This document shows, piece by piece, positions 27,369 to 42,071 of a stretch of 64,000 nt of DNA (the first letter of the stretch is position 1; the number at the start of each line of letters is the position of its first letter). A program made the position numbers and the translations under genes. The stretch covers positions 276,024,001 to 276,088,000 of the forward strand of contig OZ024740.1 of assembly GCA_964016885.1 (NCBI GenBank), in the 5' to 3' direction. The stretch comes from Eledone cirrhosa. Taxonomy: Eukaryota. The notes beneath the pieces were generated by a model. The model saw only the letters and a program-made list of their open reading frames with translations. It was not told the origin of the DNA and made no database searches.

Positions 27369-27744
27369 TACTTGGTAATTTTCTGTAAAGTGTTGGTGTT
27401 GTTTAGATTCAGGTCACCTTTGATCGGGCTTGTCGCTAAGGGAGACACTAGATTGCACTAACCATACCCCCGCTCTCTTCAGTTTGCATTCTCATATTTA
27501 TAAAATATATCTTGAAATACGTTCCTTGACTTCTCTGACTTTTCAAAACGGAAACAAAAATATATTTAAAAGACAAACAAAAAGTTCAACCAAAGAAACT
27601 GGTCAAAAAATTCCCTAGGGAATTAGAGTGCGTACCTAGTTTATTCTGAAATTTTGCACCAAAAGTCTAGCGAGGGCCATTACATTCATAAGACGTGCTT
27701 TTGAGTAAAGTTGTTTCAATGGTGACAACCCATGATGTCTGACT

Positions 27745-28302
27745 TAGACACAAGGCCAACAATTTTGGGAGAGGGGGGAAAGTCGATTAAATCAACCCCA
27801 GTACGTTACTGGTATTTCATTTTATCGACCCTATAAGGATGAAAGGCAAAGTTGACCTCGGTGGGATTTGAACTTAGAACATAAAGGGCCGCAACTCTAT
27901 GCTGCGAAGCAGGGTATCCACGCTCTACCGATACTGCCATACACCGCCCTTGTAATAATAATTGTTTCTACTTTTGGCACAAGGCCAGCAATTACCCAGT
28001 GCATTACTGGTACTTATTTTATCGACCCCCATAATAATTGTTTCTACTTTTGGCACAAGGCCAGCAATTACCAAGTGCATTACTGGTACTTTATTTTATC
28101 GACCCCGTAATAATTGTTTCTACTTTTGGCACAAGGCCAGCAATTACCCAGTGCATTACCGGTACTTTATTTTATCGACCCCGTAAGGATGAAAGGCAAA
28201 GTTAATCTCGGCGGGATTTGAACACAGAATGAAAAGGGCCGTAACTCTATGCGTCAAAGCTTGGCGTCCGACCCTCTACCGATACTGCCAATCCACTGCC
28301 TT
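27745..28302 (-). mobile_element. Head-to-tail cluster of SINE B (4 full or partial copies)
   Basis: Consensus repeats joined at aataat. Confidence 0.85.
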
Positions 28303-28360
28303 TACACATAATAATTAGTGGGAATGAGGTGTCAAAATATCATCATTATGTCTATTCACG

Positions 28361-28445
28361 TGTGACGCACGTTTCGCGATCGCTCAGCTCGATGTACAAT
28401 CAGTATCGATCGTGCTCGACTCTGGAATCAGTAGCTCATCACATT
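28361..28445 (-). ncRNA. Degenerate HHR with long stem II
   Basis: gTGATGA-gc..long insert..gc-GAAAC-gtgc-GTC; insert resembles that of 48929-49024. Confidence 0.45.
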
Positions 28446-28468
28446 TCTGGTTTCTTTAATATTTATAC

Positions 28469-28516
<48 letters not shown>

Positions 28517-28649
28517 GTGTGTGTGTGTGTGAGTGTATGTGAGGGTGTGTGTGCGTGTGTGTGTCGATTCCAAATGTATATCGGGAGGTGACGACAGTTA
28601 AAAAAGGGATTCATTAAGTTAGGTATATTGAGTTTGTTATAAAAATGAT

Positions 28650-28752
28650 CTCTACAGGACTAGAACTGTTTCATTCGTAAGAAAACAAAGTGGTGAGGAT
28701 TAGGACGTTCCTAATGATTTCAAACGAATGAAATAGTTCTAGTCCTGTAGAA
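28650..28752. mobile_element. Family F fold-back, diverged
   Basis: ctacaggactagaactgtttcattcg ... ttcCTAATGAtttcaaacgaatGAAAtagttctagtcctGTAgaa. Confidence 0.7.
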
Positions 28753-28879
28753 GCCGTTTAAATTAACTATGGAGATATTAAAGATACAGAAGCAAAAACC
28801 AACCCAAACCAAACAGTGAGTGTGTTCTATTATTATTTCTGGCAATATTATAACAATATGACCCTTTCCAAATATAACA

Positions 28880-28955
<76 letters not shown>

Positions 28956-29101
28956 TGTATATATATTTAACGATCGACTTTCGTCAAATCGGACCGAGGA
29001 AACAATGTTTCCGTTGGTCTTTCCAATTGCTAATACTCTCTATCGGTCGCAACTCCAGGTAGAAGGGGCAACGTGAAATAAAGTGTCTTGCTCAAGGACA
29101 T

Positions 29102-29158
<57 letters not shown>

Positions 29159-29160
<2 letters not shown>

Positions 29161-29264
29161 CGAAGGAAATGTGGTAAGGAACCAGGTGGACCATAACGCA
29201 CCAAAGTACTCAATACTTAGGGTAGTAGAGTGGGTAATAGGAACGAGTAGGGGTCCTACTCGTT

Positions 29265-29305
<41 letters not shown>

Positions 29306-29485
29306 GGAAACAAGTAAGACCCCGACGGCTGAGCTCAAGCCGTTTCGACAGCTAATTCTGTACTAATTGAGTACAGAATTAGCCGTCGGGGTCTTACTTG
29401 TTTCCTATTACCCACTCTACTACCCTAAGTATTGAGTACTTTGGTGCGTTATGGTCCACCTGGTTCCTTACCACATTTCCTTCGC
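29159..29485. mobile_element. Two family E copies (29159-29267 and 29301-29485) separated by (TA)n
   Basis: Family E tail in opposite orientations, each with its own fold-back junction. Confidence 0.85.
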
Positions 29486-29516
<31 letters not shown>

Positions 29517-29812
29517 CATCATCATCATCATCATCATCATCGTGCGTATGCGTGGATAGACAGGCCAGCATAGACTATTAGGTAAAACTGTAATTAAATC
29601 TATGATCTGATTGATAGTCAAGCATTTATTAATTATCAAATGTTTTACCATGTAATCTGAAATGATGAACCATTCTATGGCTCCGTGAAGAAGTAACGAA
29701 AACAACGTTATTATCATCATGATAATCTTCATCATCATTAAAACTTCTGCTCATTATCACCACCACCGTCACATCTTTCACCATCATCATAATATCCTTC
29801 CTCATTATCACT

Positions 29813-29852
<40 letters not shown>

Positions 29853-29860
29853 CTAAAATA

Positions 29861-29971
<111 letters not shown>

Positions 29972-30696
29972 CCACCATCACCACAATTACCACGACGATA
30001 ATTATTATCATAATCACAGTCTGCAGCCAACACAATCATCACCATCAACGTCATCATTATTATCACTGTCATCAGCAATGTCATCGCCACTCTCATTATT
30101 GTCATCATAATCATCACCATTAAAACACCTTCTCCTTATCAACATCATCATCATTAATAACACCACCAACAACACTATCGTCGTGATGGTTGACGTCATA
30201 TTAGTAGTTGCTTTCATCACGTGGCATCAGTTTTATCATTAAAATAATGTTGCGCTGTTAATGAAGCGAAGTGTAAATGAACTTCGTCGTCTTTTAGACA
30301 CATACGTACGTAGAACTGTAGAGTTGTAACGGTTATCATTACTTCTTCAAGTTATAACATTAGTTATAGATAAATCGTGATCAATTTGATCTTATGGCCT
30401 TTGACCAATAATGCAATAATGGGCCAGCTGTGATCATCCCATCTTTTATTCTGAGATGATTTCTATTTCAAGCACAAAGTTAGGAATCTGGGGTAGGGGA
30501 AAATCGATTAAATCGACCCAGTGCTTGACTGGTAGTTTATTTTATTGACCCAGAAGAGGTGAGAAGCAATATTGACCTCGGTGGGAACGTAAGGAAAAGG
30601 AAAAATTCAAGCATTTGTCCGACGCTCTGACAAGTGGTAAGAAACTCTCGGGAGTGCTGGACAGCAAGGGGTCTTCTCCCCTAAATAAGTGTTTCG

Positions 30697-30882
30697 GTGG
30701 ATTGGCAGTATCGGTAGAGGATCGGACGCCATGCTTTTCAGCAAAGAGTTACGGCTCTTTATGGTCTGAGTTCAAATCCCGTTGAGGTTAACTTTGCCTT
30801 TCATCCTTACTGGGTCGATAAAATAAAGTACCAGTAATACACTGGGTAATTGCTGGTCTTGTGCCAAAAGTAGAAACAATTA
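30697..30882 (+). mobile_element. SINE family B
   Basis: Consensus match. Confidence 0.85.
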
Positions 30883-31280
30883 TGTATTTCTATATATCTA
30901 AGAGTACAGTCGTAACACGCAATAGAATACGATTTCATTCAGTCTTTTTCTTTTAATGTGCCACTGCAATGCCGAGCAGACAGCAATATCCTCTCGAAGC
31001 TCCCTTCTTCCGTTGAGCCAGCGAAACTTCCAGGAAGTATAGCTGGAAAATAAAAGGGTTTCACGAGTTTTGGGCTGCTACTTTCTTTATCAATTTCGAA
31101 AAGATGGAAGGCAAAGTGGAACTTAGCTGGAGTTAAACCTTTGTCATATTAAATAAAAAAAAAAAAATAATAAAAAGAGAATTAGGAGCCCTCTGTAGCA
31201 TTCGCCGCCCTAATCAACACGCAGAGGGCCGGGACGAATATCTAATGTAACAACGCTAACAAATCGATTGCAAGGGTAAT

Positions 31281-31672
31281 AATTGTTTCTACTTTGGGCA
31301 CAAGGCCAGCAATTATCCCAGTGCATTACTGGTACTTTATTTTATCGACCCCGTAAGGATGAAAGGCAAAGTTAACCTCGGCGGGATTTGAACTCAGATC
31401 GTAAAGGGGCGTAATTCTGTGCTATAAAGCATGGCGTCCGACGCTCTACCGATACTGCCAATCCACGCATCTTGCAAGATGAATAATTGTTTCTACTTTA
31501 GGCACAAGGCCAGCAATTACCCAGTGCATTACTGGTACTTTATTTTATCGACCCCGTAAGGATGAAAGGCAAAATCAGCCTCGGCGGGATTTGAACTCAG
31601 ATCGTAAAGGGACCTAAATATGCTGGAAAGCATGGCGTCCGACGCTCTACCGATACTGTCAATCCACCGCCT
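31281..31672 (-). mobile_element. Two tandem SINE B copies
   Basis: Each followed by cttgcaagatgaataat (duplicated target). Confidence 0.85.
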
Positions 31673-31692
31673 TGCAAGATGAATAATAATAA

Positions 31693-31884
31693 TAATATAG
31701 TACTAGTCAAGTACTAGGGTCAATTTAATCAATTTAATCAACTTTCCTTCCCCAACCCATAATTGCTGGCCTTGTGCCATAATCATTAATAATAATAATA
31801 ATAATTATGGCACAAGGCCAGCAATTATGGGTTGGGGAAGGAAAGTTGATTAAATTGACCCTAGTACTTGACTAGTACTATATT
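31693..31884. repeat. Inverted duplication of a SINE B 3' end around (AAT)n
   Basis: aatatagtactagtcaagtactagggtc..ccttgtgccataat / attatggcacaagg..ctagtactatatt. Confidence 0.8.
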
Positions 31885-32393
31885 TTTTTTTATCGACCTC
31901 GGCACGGTGAAAGGCTAAATTGACCTTCGAAAGGTTTGAACTCCGAATGTAAAGAGCCAGAACAGATATCGCTACCACAAGGCATGTTTTGGACGCTCTA
32001 ACGATTCTACCATTATTTGGTGTATCATTTTACTTTTTTCTTTAAAATACAAAAGATATAGATTTGAAACTAAACAAAAGCAAAAGCACGAACAACAACA
32101 ACTACTACTACTACTACTACTACTACGGTGTAGTAAAAAATGCAAGCTTAGTAATTTTCTTAGTGTGTTCAGAACATGATATGTTAAAAACTAGGCTTTT
32201 TGATCCAGTACGAATGCAACCATAAGGTCAACTAAGCAGCCGCCTAGAGCAAAGAAGACATCAGCGAGGTGCATTGCTGACACTTCAACACTAAATATCT
32301 TTGCTGCAAGGCAGCATGGATGGGTGTAGACGATGTAATAGAAAATGAAAGCTTAGTAACCTTATTATGTTTTTCAACTGTGAGTTGAAATTA

Positions 32394-32561
32394 CCGTATT
32401 ACCCGGCGTCGAAGACACTACTTTTTTCCTAAAATAAGTCTCAAAAATCTACCATGCGTCCTGGAGGCCGAAGGTTGTTTATTATTTGTTTCAAATTTTT
32501 GGTTGTCAAAAATTAGGGTGCGTCCTCGAGGACGAAGCGTCTCCGGTGCCGGGAAATACGG
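32394..32561. mobile_element. Tc1/mariner-superfamily MITE
   Basis: TA|ccgtattacccggc ... gccgggaaatacgg|TA. Confidence 0.75.
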
Positions 32562-32992
32562 TATTTTATTTGGGAGAATAAAGTGCTTAACTGGAAGAAG
32601 AGGGTGCACAGTGAAAGGCTAGATTAGGGCACTAAATACCCAGCCGTCGTACTTAGTCGCTATACCACATAAAGGATCAATATTTCATGGGCAAGACAAA
32701 GGGAAATCACGTCCAATATGTTTTCTCGGGTTACAGATTCCAACCGGATATTACTGGTAGTAAATTGAATGAAAATGAATGATTCGACTGAGTATCGAAT
32801 CGGTTGCAAAGACTCGGATAAATTTGGAGTTTCTTACGCTCGGCAAACATCGGTAAATATCGGTAAATATCGTAAACTCAAACGACTAATCAGCCCTTGC
32901 TCCAACTGCTTTATGTGCCATTTAAACATTTTGAAGTTTACTGTAAAATAACTTAGCAGCACACTTTTTCAATTCCCTCGAGTCGTCATTGT

Positions 32993-33067
<75 letters not shown>

Positions 33068-33312
33068 GTGTTATATATATATATATAAATATATATATAT
33101 ATGTGTGTGTGCGTGTGTGTATATGCATACATATGTATATATATATATATATTGCCTTATATATATATGCCATATAATATATATATTGCCATATATATAT
33201 ATGCCATATGTATATATTGCCATGAATATATATGCCATATGTATATATTGCCATATATATATATGTATGTGTATATATATATATACACACATACATATAT
33301 ATATACATTCAT

Positions 33313-33392
<80 letters not shown>

Positions 33393-33458
33393 GTATGTAT
33401 ATACATATATATATATGTATATACATATATATATGTATATACATATATATATATACAT

Positions 33459-33538
<80 letters not shown>

Positions 33539-33605
33539 TAAAGTATAGAAATTATTGTGAGCGTGAAGCCAGCAGTATTTTATAATATATATACTTAATA
33601 TACAT

Positions 33606-33674
<69 letters not shown>

Positions 33675-33782
33675 ATATATATATATATATATATATACAT
33701 AATATATATATATATAATATATATACATAATATATATATATAATATATATACATAATACATATATATATATATATATACATA

Positions 33783-33858
<76 letters not shown>

Positions 33859-33861
33859 TAC

Positions 33862-33983
<122 letters not shown>

Positions 33984-33986
33984 CAG

Positions 33987-34039
<53 letters not shown>

Positions 34040-34047
34040 TACATACA

Positions 34048-34120
<73 letters not shown>

Positions 34121-34992
34121 TACATGTATGACCTTGTGTGTGTGTGTGTGTGTTGAGAGATATTGATTACGGGAATACGTGATGATGTTAATTATAACAT
34201 GGTTGGTCACTTTGTTTCCATGTTGCCAATGGCTATACGATACATAGACGCACAGATGTAGATGTATGTGTGTGTGTGTGTATATCTGTGTGTGTCTATG
34301 TGTGTGTGTCTGTGTGTGTGTATATGTGTGTCTATGTGCGTAGGTGTGTGTGTGTGTCTATGTGTGTGTGTGTCTATGTGTGTGTGTGTATGTGTGTGTG
34401 TCTATGTGTGTCTATGTGTGTGTGTCTATATGTGTGTGTCTATGTGTGTGTGTCCGTGTCTATTGTGTGTGTGTCTATGTGTCTATTGTGTGTGTGTGTC
34501 TATGTGTGTGTGTGCGTCTATGTGAGTGTGTGTCTATGTGTGTCTATGTGTGTGTGTATGTGTGTGTCTCTATGTGTGTGTGTGTATGTGTGTGTGTCTA
34601 TGTGTGTGTGTCTGTGTATACTGTCTATTGTGTGTCTGTGTCTATTGTGTGTGTGTGTCTATGTGTGTGTGTGTGTCTATGTGTGTGGGTGTCTATGTGT
34701 GTGGGTGTCTATGTGTGTGTGCCTGTGTATGTTTTGTGTATGTGTTTATTGTGTGTGTGTGTGTATGTGTCTAGTGTATGTGTATGTATCTCTGTGTGTG
34801 TGTGTGTGTGTGTATGTATCTATGTGTGTGTATGTGTCTATTGTGTGTGTATGTGTGTGTGTCGTTAAAACATAGGACATTGACACTGTTTTCCTTCTGC
34901 CGTAAGAGACTGGAGTAGATGGCGATGACAGCTATTATGCAGTCACAGGAACGTCGGTGTAGGTGGGACCTAGATCAATGGAGAGACAATGA

Positions 34993-35800
34993 CACCACCA
35001 CCACCACCACCACCACCACCACCACCACCACCATAATCACTCCCACCATCATCATCACAAGCATAACCATTGTCAATCCCTTATCACCACCACCACCATT
35101 ATCACACCGTCACCATCATCACCACCACTACCACCACCCCATCGCCACCACCACTACCACCACCCCATCGCCACCACCACTACCACCACCCCAACGCCAT
35201 CACCACCACCATTATCAATCCCTTATCACCACCACCACCACCACCATAATCACTCCATCATCATCATCATCATCACAAGCATAACCATTATCACACCATC
35301 ACCATCGCCACCACCACTACCACCACCCCATCGCCATCACCACCACCATTATCAATCCCTTATCACCACCACCACCACCACCACCATAATCACTCCATCA
35401 TCATCATCACAAGCATAACCATTATCACACCATCACCATCGCCACCACCACTACCACCACCCCATCGTCATCACCACCACCATTATCAATCCCTTATCAC
35501 CACCACCACCACCACCACTACAATCACTCCCATCATCATCACAAGCACAACCTCCCCCCCCCCCATCACCACCATCGCCATCACTACCACTACCATTATC
35601 AATCCCTTATCACTACTACTACCACACCCATAATCACCACCATCATCATCATCACAACCACAACCATTATCACCCCACCCCCATCACCACCATCACTATC
35701 CTCCACTACCACAACCACCATCGCCACGACACCCATCATTATTACCTCCACCTTCACCGCCACTACCACCACCACCAACAACAACAACATCATCATCACC
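34993..35800. repeat. (CAC/CAT)n composite minisatellite
   Basis: Recurrent cattatcaatcccttatcaccacc..ataatcactcc..acaagcataacc unit. Confidence 0.85.
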
Positions 35801-36623
35801 ACTGCCAATAACAATAATTGTTTCTACTTTAGACACAAGGCCAGCAATTATCCCAGTGCATTACTGGTACTTTATTTTATCGACCCCCGTAAGGATGAAA
35901 GGCAAAGTTAACCTCGGCGTGATTTGAACTCAGACCGTGAAGGGGCGTAACTCTATGCTGCAAGGCATGGCATCCGACCTTCTACCGATACTGCGAATCC
36001 ACTGCCAATAACAATAATTGTTTCTACTTTTGGCACAAGGCCAGCAATTACCCAGTACATTACTGGTACTTTATTTTATCGACCCCCGTAAGGATGAAAG
36101 GCAAAGTTAACCTCGGCGTGATTTGAACTCAGACCGTGAAGGGGCGTAACTCTATGCTGCAAGGCATGGCATCCGACCTTCTACCGATACTGCGAATCCA
36201 CTGCCAATAACAATAATTGTTTCTACTTTTGGCACAAGGCCAGCAATTACCCAGTACATTACTGGTACTTTATTTTATCGACCCCCGTAAGGATGAAAGG
36301 CAAAGTCAACCTCGGCGGGATTTGAACTCAGATCGTAAAGGGACGTAACTCTATGCTGCAAGGCATGGCATCCGACCTTCTACCGATACTGCGAATCCAC
36401 TGCCAATAACAATAATTGTTTCTACTTTTGGCACAAGGCCAGCAATTATCCAGTACATTACTGGTACTTTATTTTATCGACCCCCGTAAGGATGAAAGGC
36501 AAAGTCAACCTCGGTGGGATTTGAACTCAGATCGTAAAGGGACGTAACTATGCTGGGAAGCATGGCGTCCGACCCTCTACCGATACCGCCAATTCACCGC
36601 CTTCCACTGCCAACAACAATAAT
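35799..36623 (-). mobile_element. Tandem array of four SINE B copies (~199-bp period)
   Basis: ccactgccaataacaataat occurs before, between and (with one mismatch) after the units. Confidence 0.9.
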
Positions 36624-37279
36624 TACAACCAAACGAATGATTCTTCGCTCGTTCGTTTGACCTTCTATAAAGAGTGGTCAAATCTATTCCCAAATCACAC
36701 CTAACAAAAAAAATGACGGTCCTACAAAAAGACAAAGAGAATGATGGGATGGGATGTTCGTAGTTGAAACACCTTTGACCATAGGCCTGGTTGATAAGGG
36801 TTGACTTGTGTCTAAACAACATCAGATTTGTGGGGAGGGAAAAGTTGACCTGCTGGAAATAACAGCAAAATCGACGCTTCTACGTTTTCTAACGCTGCAT
36901 TTCAACTTGAAACAAACAATATATAGATTTGGGTTAAGATTAGGGTTAAGGTTAAAGTTCGTTTACGTTTATTTTAATTTGAAATGCGGAGTGATAATGA
37001 AGAACCCCCTTCTTATAACAGTAAGGAAGTATCAGATAATGTAACATGTATGTATATATATATATATAAAATGAATGTATGTATATATATATATAAAAAT
37101 TAATGACAAATAAAACGAAACAAAGCAATATTTTACCCACTATATTTCAAATGTGAAATGGAAGTGGTTCAAAACAAAAACGAACGATCGATATATTGTT
37201 TCTTAACTGGTCTACGTATCTGAAATCGCATGTGTCGAGTCGTTATAGTAGCCAATTTGTTTCGTGCATTTCCAATCCA

Positions 37280-37730
37280 TTATTCATATGTTTTTTTCTT
37301 GTTGATGATAATGGCCTTTTTGATGCTTAAATTACCTACATCCCTTTGCGTCGCCGCTATGGTCACATCAATGTTTTGGCTGCAGTATCTCTCAAGATGT
37401 ATTTTAAAAGAAGCTCTCGTCGTCTTGTGATCCTTGTCCCATATGTGCAGCATCCGAACGGTACTCCTGATGTACGAAAAGCTACATTTTTTACATGTGA
37501 CCTTGTAGACAACATACGCTGTCGTGCACATTTCTGCGTTGTTGATGGGATAATTAGAAAATATGCACATATTGTTATATGTATATCGGTCCCTGTAGTA
37601 TAGTCTCCTTAATGAAGGTCTCGAATGACCCAACTGTATATTCAGGCCCTTCCTACGGATGGCTTGTCTGATGGCAACGGCCGTCTTCTCATTGAAATGC
37701 AGTAGCTTTGGGTAGCATATGTTACCTCTA
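37280..37730 (-). pseudogene. Penelope-like element C-terminus: GIY-YIG endonuclease, decayed
   Basis: C..AYVVYKVTCKKCSFSYIRSTVRMLH..KDH...H...C..VTI....NLSIKKAIII; fits the PLE VVY..C..C..YIG.T.R.L..R..EH...EA pattern with catalytic-site decay. Confidence 0.8.
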
Positions 37731-37876
37731 GGTCCGCGTCTTGTTTTAAGGTTGGACAAAAGGTTCACGCCATTGTCCAAATTTTTATTGACTTTGGCGT
37801 TTTTTAACATTAGGAAAATTTTACAAATCAAAATAATCGCCATCCTTTGCGGTTTCCGTCTGTCATCTTTAGAAAA

Positions 37877-38575
37877 TCACATGATTCCATCCCAGTAGAA
37901 TTCTTCTGGCTTCGATACAAAGAATTCCATCAACCACTGATTTAACTGGTCTTCACTGCCAAAGGTGTTTGATTGCATTGCATTACTCATTGAGAGGAAA
38001 GGGTGATAGTATGTTGGCGCGTGGTTGGGTGAATACGGCAGAAGGGACAGAACCTCCCAACCTAGCTCCAGTAGCTTCTCACGGGTCATTCTTGATGTAT
38101 GCGACGGTCGAACGTTGGAATCTAACAGGGTCATAGTGTGGGCGTACCTATGCGATTTTCGCTGTTAATCTGTCAAGTTCTTGGCAATAAACGTCAGATG
38201 TTATGCTGGTCTTCGGTGGGAGCAGCTTGTAGTCGATGACACCTTTCCAGTCCCACCAGACGCTCAATAGGGCCTTGCGAGGGTGGAGGACAACTTTTGC
38301 TTTCCATTGTGACGCACTGTCTTTATCAACCCACGATTGCTTGCTCTTGACATTAATGTAAATGCGCCATTTTTCATCACTAGTGACAATGGAACGGAAC
38401 AAGTTAATTGTGCGTTAGTATGAGAGCAGAGAAGTCGCAGGAGCCACAATTACGGTCAGTCAGATTGTGGGGCACCCATTATCCAAGCTTCGACACCTTC
38501 TCTTCTGCTGTATGCAAGTAATTGTGGCTGGTTGGTTCCGATACCCCAAGCACTTCGGAGAGTTGCCGTGATGTC
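37877..38575 (-). pseudogene. Mariner (DD34D-type) transposase pseudogene
   Basis: KLG*WVPHNL, IVTSDEKW, LSVWWDWKGVI, YCQELDRL, LLDSNVRPSH, WEVL..PYSPNHAPTYYH; stops and frameshifts. Confidence 0.92.
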
Positions 38576-38837
38576 GATTCATACATTCACACACACACAT
38601 ACAGACATACAAACAAATAGATAGATATACAAAAATAACAGATAGAACACCTTTCATGATTGGTCTATTTGGTCAGCATTAACCTAAAGCTAAACAATAG
38701 CACGTTGTTATTTTACGAACCCGGAAGAATGAAAGGCAAAATGTACAACAAAAATAATTGTTTCTACTTTGGGCACCAGGCCAGCAATTATCCCAGTGCA
38801 TTACTGGTACTTTATTTTATCGACCCCGTAAGAATGA

Positions 38838-39168
38838 TTTCTTTATTAACCACAAGGGTTTACATAAAGTAGACATTAAGGACAGTGCAGGACAATGCAG
38901 GACGGTACAAATGGGCATTTCTGCGTGTAAAAAACAAAAACAGAGGATGTAACAAAAAATAACAATGAAAAATTCCCCAATAGGGGGCAGACTTCGGAGG
39001 GACATTTGTGGAGAAAGCCCAGTAAAAAGCCACAATGACCCTGACCACCAAGGCAAGTGCCCTCTCCCAGTTTTCCACCTTTAATTTACAGATATATACT
39101 CAGAGTAGGCCCATTCACTCGGGCCATTCTTGCTTCTCTCACCCATCTTTCAACAAAATGCTGGGAAG
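38838..39168 (-). mobile_element. Probable 3' end of an L1/Tx1-like LINE inserted inside a SINE B
   Basis: Minus strand SSQHFVERWVREARMARVNGPTLSIYL*, UTR with AATAAA; SINE halves at 38756-38837 and 39169-39257. Confidence 0.5.
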
Positions 39169-39532
39169 AGTTAACCTCGGCGGGATTTGAACTCAGATCA
39201 TAAAGGGATGTAACTCTATGCTTCAAAGCATGGCGCCCGACCCTCTACCGATACTAACAAAAATAATGACTACCGCTTCATCAGACCCACCTTATTCTCA
39301 AACCGTTGGAATTTGATTCCTATTAGTAGTAAGACGAATTGGTTTACTAAGTGTTATTTTTGGAAATAATTTTACTCTCTCTCTCTCCACCCATCTATCA
39401 ATCTTATCTCTAAAAATTTTATTTCACTTTCATTCTCCCGACTCCATCTTCCTTTCTATCTTCATTTTCTCTTCACTCATTTTCTCTCTGTTTCTCTCTC
39501 TTTCGCTCCTCATCACTCCCCCTTTCCCTTCA

Positions 39533-39682
<150 letters not shown>

Positions 39683-39683
39683 C

Positions 39684-39740
<57 letters not shown>

Positions 39741-40021
39741 TGTTACTATACATCGCCATTTTACTCAGTCTTTCCTTTTCATCAATCACCTTCCTCTAAA
39801 AACTAAAAGGAAGATTTCAGTTCATAAAGAATTCGTTGAGTACGTCATTTACTAAATCAGCCCGAACACATATAATCTAGATGTATATTGAAGAGATCTA
39901 ATAGACCAATTCAGTGTAAAGTAACTATTGATGATATCATTGTATTCTATACAATATATACCAGACCAAGTAACAAACTATGATCTAAGTGAAGCTTCAC
40001 TCCCATTACACCCTACACAGG

Positions 40022-40190
40022 CAGTGTCAGATTTAGGACAAATGAGACCCTGTGCTAGTTAAGTTATGACGCCCATTACTTGGGTCCTGAAGGAGGTAAA
40101 GCATTTTGGGTGGCAGGAAGATGCCTCCTCCTCCCGGTAACGGAGCCCTGTGCTTAAGCACACCTACGCACAATCGTAAATCCGGTACTG
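40022..40190. mobile_element. hAT-type MITE
   Basis: TIR cagtgtcagattta / taaatccggtactg; 8-bp TSD tacacagg/tgcacagg. Confidence 0.75.
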
Positions 40191-40431
40191 TGCACAGGAC
40201 TTATAAGAGGCCGCCCCATTAGTCTGGGTTCTGGAGAACTGGGTTCTGGAGACTGCCTGTTAATCGTTAACGCCAATACCCATCCAAAAACTTTCTCAGG
40301 TCCTTCTAAGCATTTGATCAAAGGTCTACTCCAGCGATCGACAAATTATTTAACTTTAAAGCGACCCTAATTTTATTTTAAATGTGACATAAAGGTTAAA
40401 GGCAATATAGTAAGTACTATAGTATATAGTT

Positions 40432-40634
40432 GACACTGCACTCAGTGCTCCTGTGGGAGCCCCTGCACGGATACACTAGAAGAGGAAGACCGAGGTTGAC
40501 ATATGTTGATGCCCTAAGGACAGATACTGGTCTCTTGGAGATGCGGGACATGGCAGCGATGATGAGGGACAGAAACCGCTGGAGAGAACTCGTCCATGCA
40601 TCTCGGGAATTTTACCCGCCCTCGATGAGATAGT
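40432..40634 (+). mobile_element. 5'-truncated RTE/RTEX-like LINE 3' end with 27-bp TSD
   Basis: LLWEPLHGYTRRGRPRLTYVDALRTDTG..MRDRNRW; TSD atatagtaagta(c/t)tatagtatatagtt at 40405 and 40635. Confidence 0.85.
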
Positions 40635-40987
40635 ATATAGTAAGTATTATAGTATATAGTTAATACCCTAATACAGGACCTGTAACAAATGCTGCTCTTG
40701 CTACTAGGCCAATCCGGTTTTTAGTGAATGGACTCTACCCGACTAAGTACTCGGGTAAATATAGAAAAATTCTAAATCTCTTGAACGCAGTGCCCCAGCA
40801 TGGCTTGCAATCAAATTAGTGAAATAATTGTCGCTCCTTCAATTCATATTCTCTTATAACAGACGCCCCCAAGCAGCAACCCTACCACCATCACTGCTTT
40901 TTGTTTCCTTACATTAAAAGTTAGTCCGTTCTTTCTTCTTTTACACTCTCTTGTTACACACATCAAACCTAAACACGCCCACGCAAT

Positions 40988-41060
<73 letters not shown>

Positions 41061-41471
41061 CATACATTCTGTGTAGCCCTGGCATTCGCGGTCCTGGTTA
41101 TTCGCTGAATTTTCCTTGGAACTTAACTAATGATTGTTTGTGGGAACCACCGCTTATTCGCGGGATTGTAAATATCTTACGCGATGTTTTTATGGATTTT
41201 TTCGTGGCAATATATATTTGTTCACGCTTTTTAACGCTAAATTATTAGCAACAATATACCGTATGTATATATGTATATATTTATCTGAGTGTCCCGAATC
41301 TTCCATATCGAACTTATCGGTTATTTGGTTGATTGTAGACATATTCTACGTGTGACGGTATTTAACGATAGTTATAGCTCTAATTTATTTGAATTATAGA
41401 GCCCTCTGCCGCTCATCTCGAATTTTGTTTATCGTGAACTCGTGCGCCGATTTTTCGATACTCGATTATTC

Positions 41472-41506
<35 letters not shown>

Positions 41507-41510
41507 TAAA

Positions 41511-41586
<76 letters not shown>

Positions 41587-41588
41587 TG

Positions 41589-41639
41589 AGATTCTACAGG
41601 ACTAGAACTGTTTCATTCTTTAGAAATCATCAGGAATCT
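41589..41639 (-). ncRNA. Complete type I HHR, mirror copy of 41640-41688
   Basis: agattc-CTGATGA...GTA-gaatct (6-bp stem I). Confidence 0.75.
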
Positions 41640-41688
41640 GATTCCTGATGATTTCTAAAGAATGAAACAGTTCTAGTCCTGTAGAATC
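41640..41688 (+). ncRNA. Complete type I hammerhead ribozyme
   Basis: gattc-CTGATGA-t ttc taaa gaa t-GAA-ACAG ttctagtc CTGT-A-gaatc; GUA triplet. Confidence 0.75.
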
Positions 41689-41771
41689 TCATCTATATTA
41701 AAACTTTTATACTCTGCTATGTATTGAGTACCTTACTTACTGTGGTTACCTCCGATTCAACCCGGAATAAC

Positions 41772-41906
<135 letters not shown>

Positions 41907-42004
41907 TATATATATTTATATATTTATATATATATATATATATATATATAAATATATATATATTTATATATTTATATATATATATATATAAATATATATA
42001 TATT

Positions 42005-42071
<67 letters not shown>

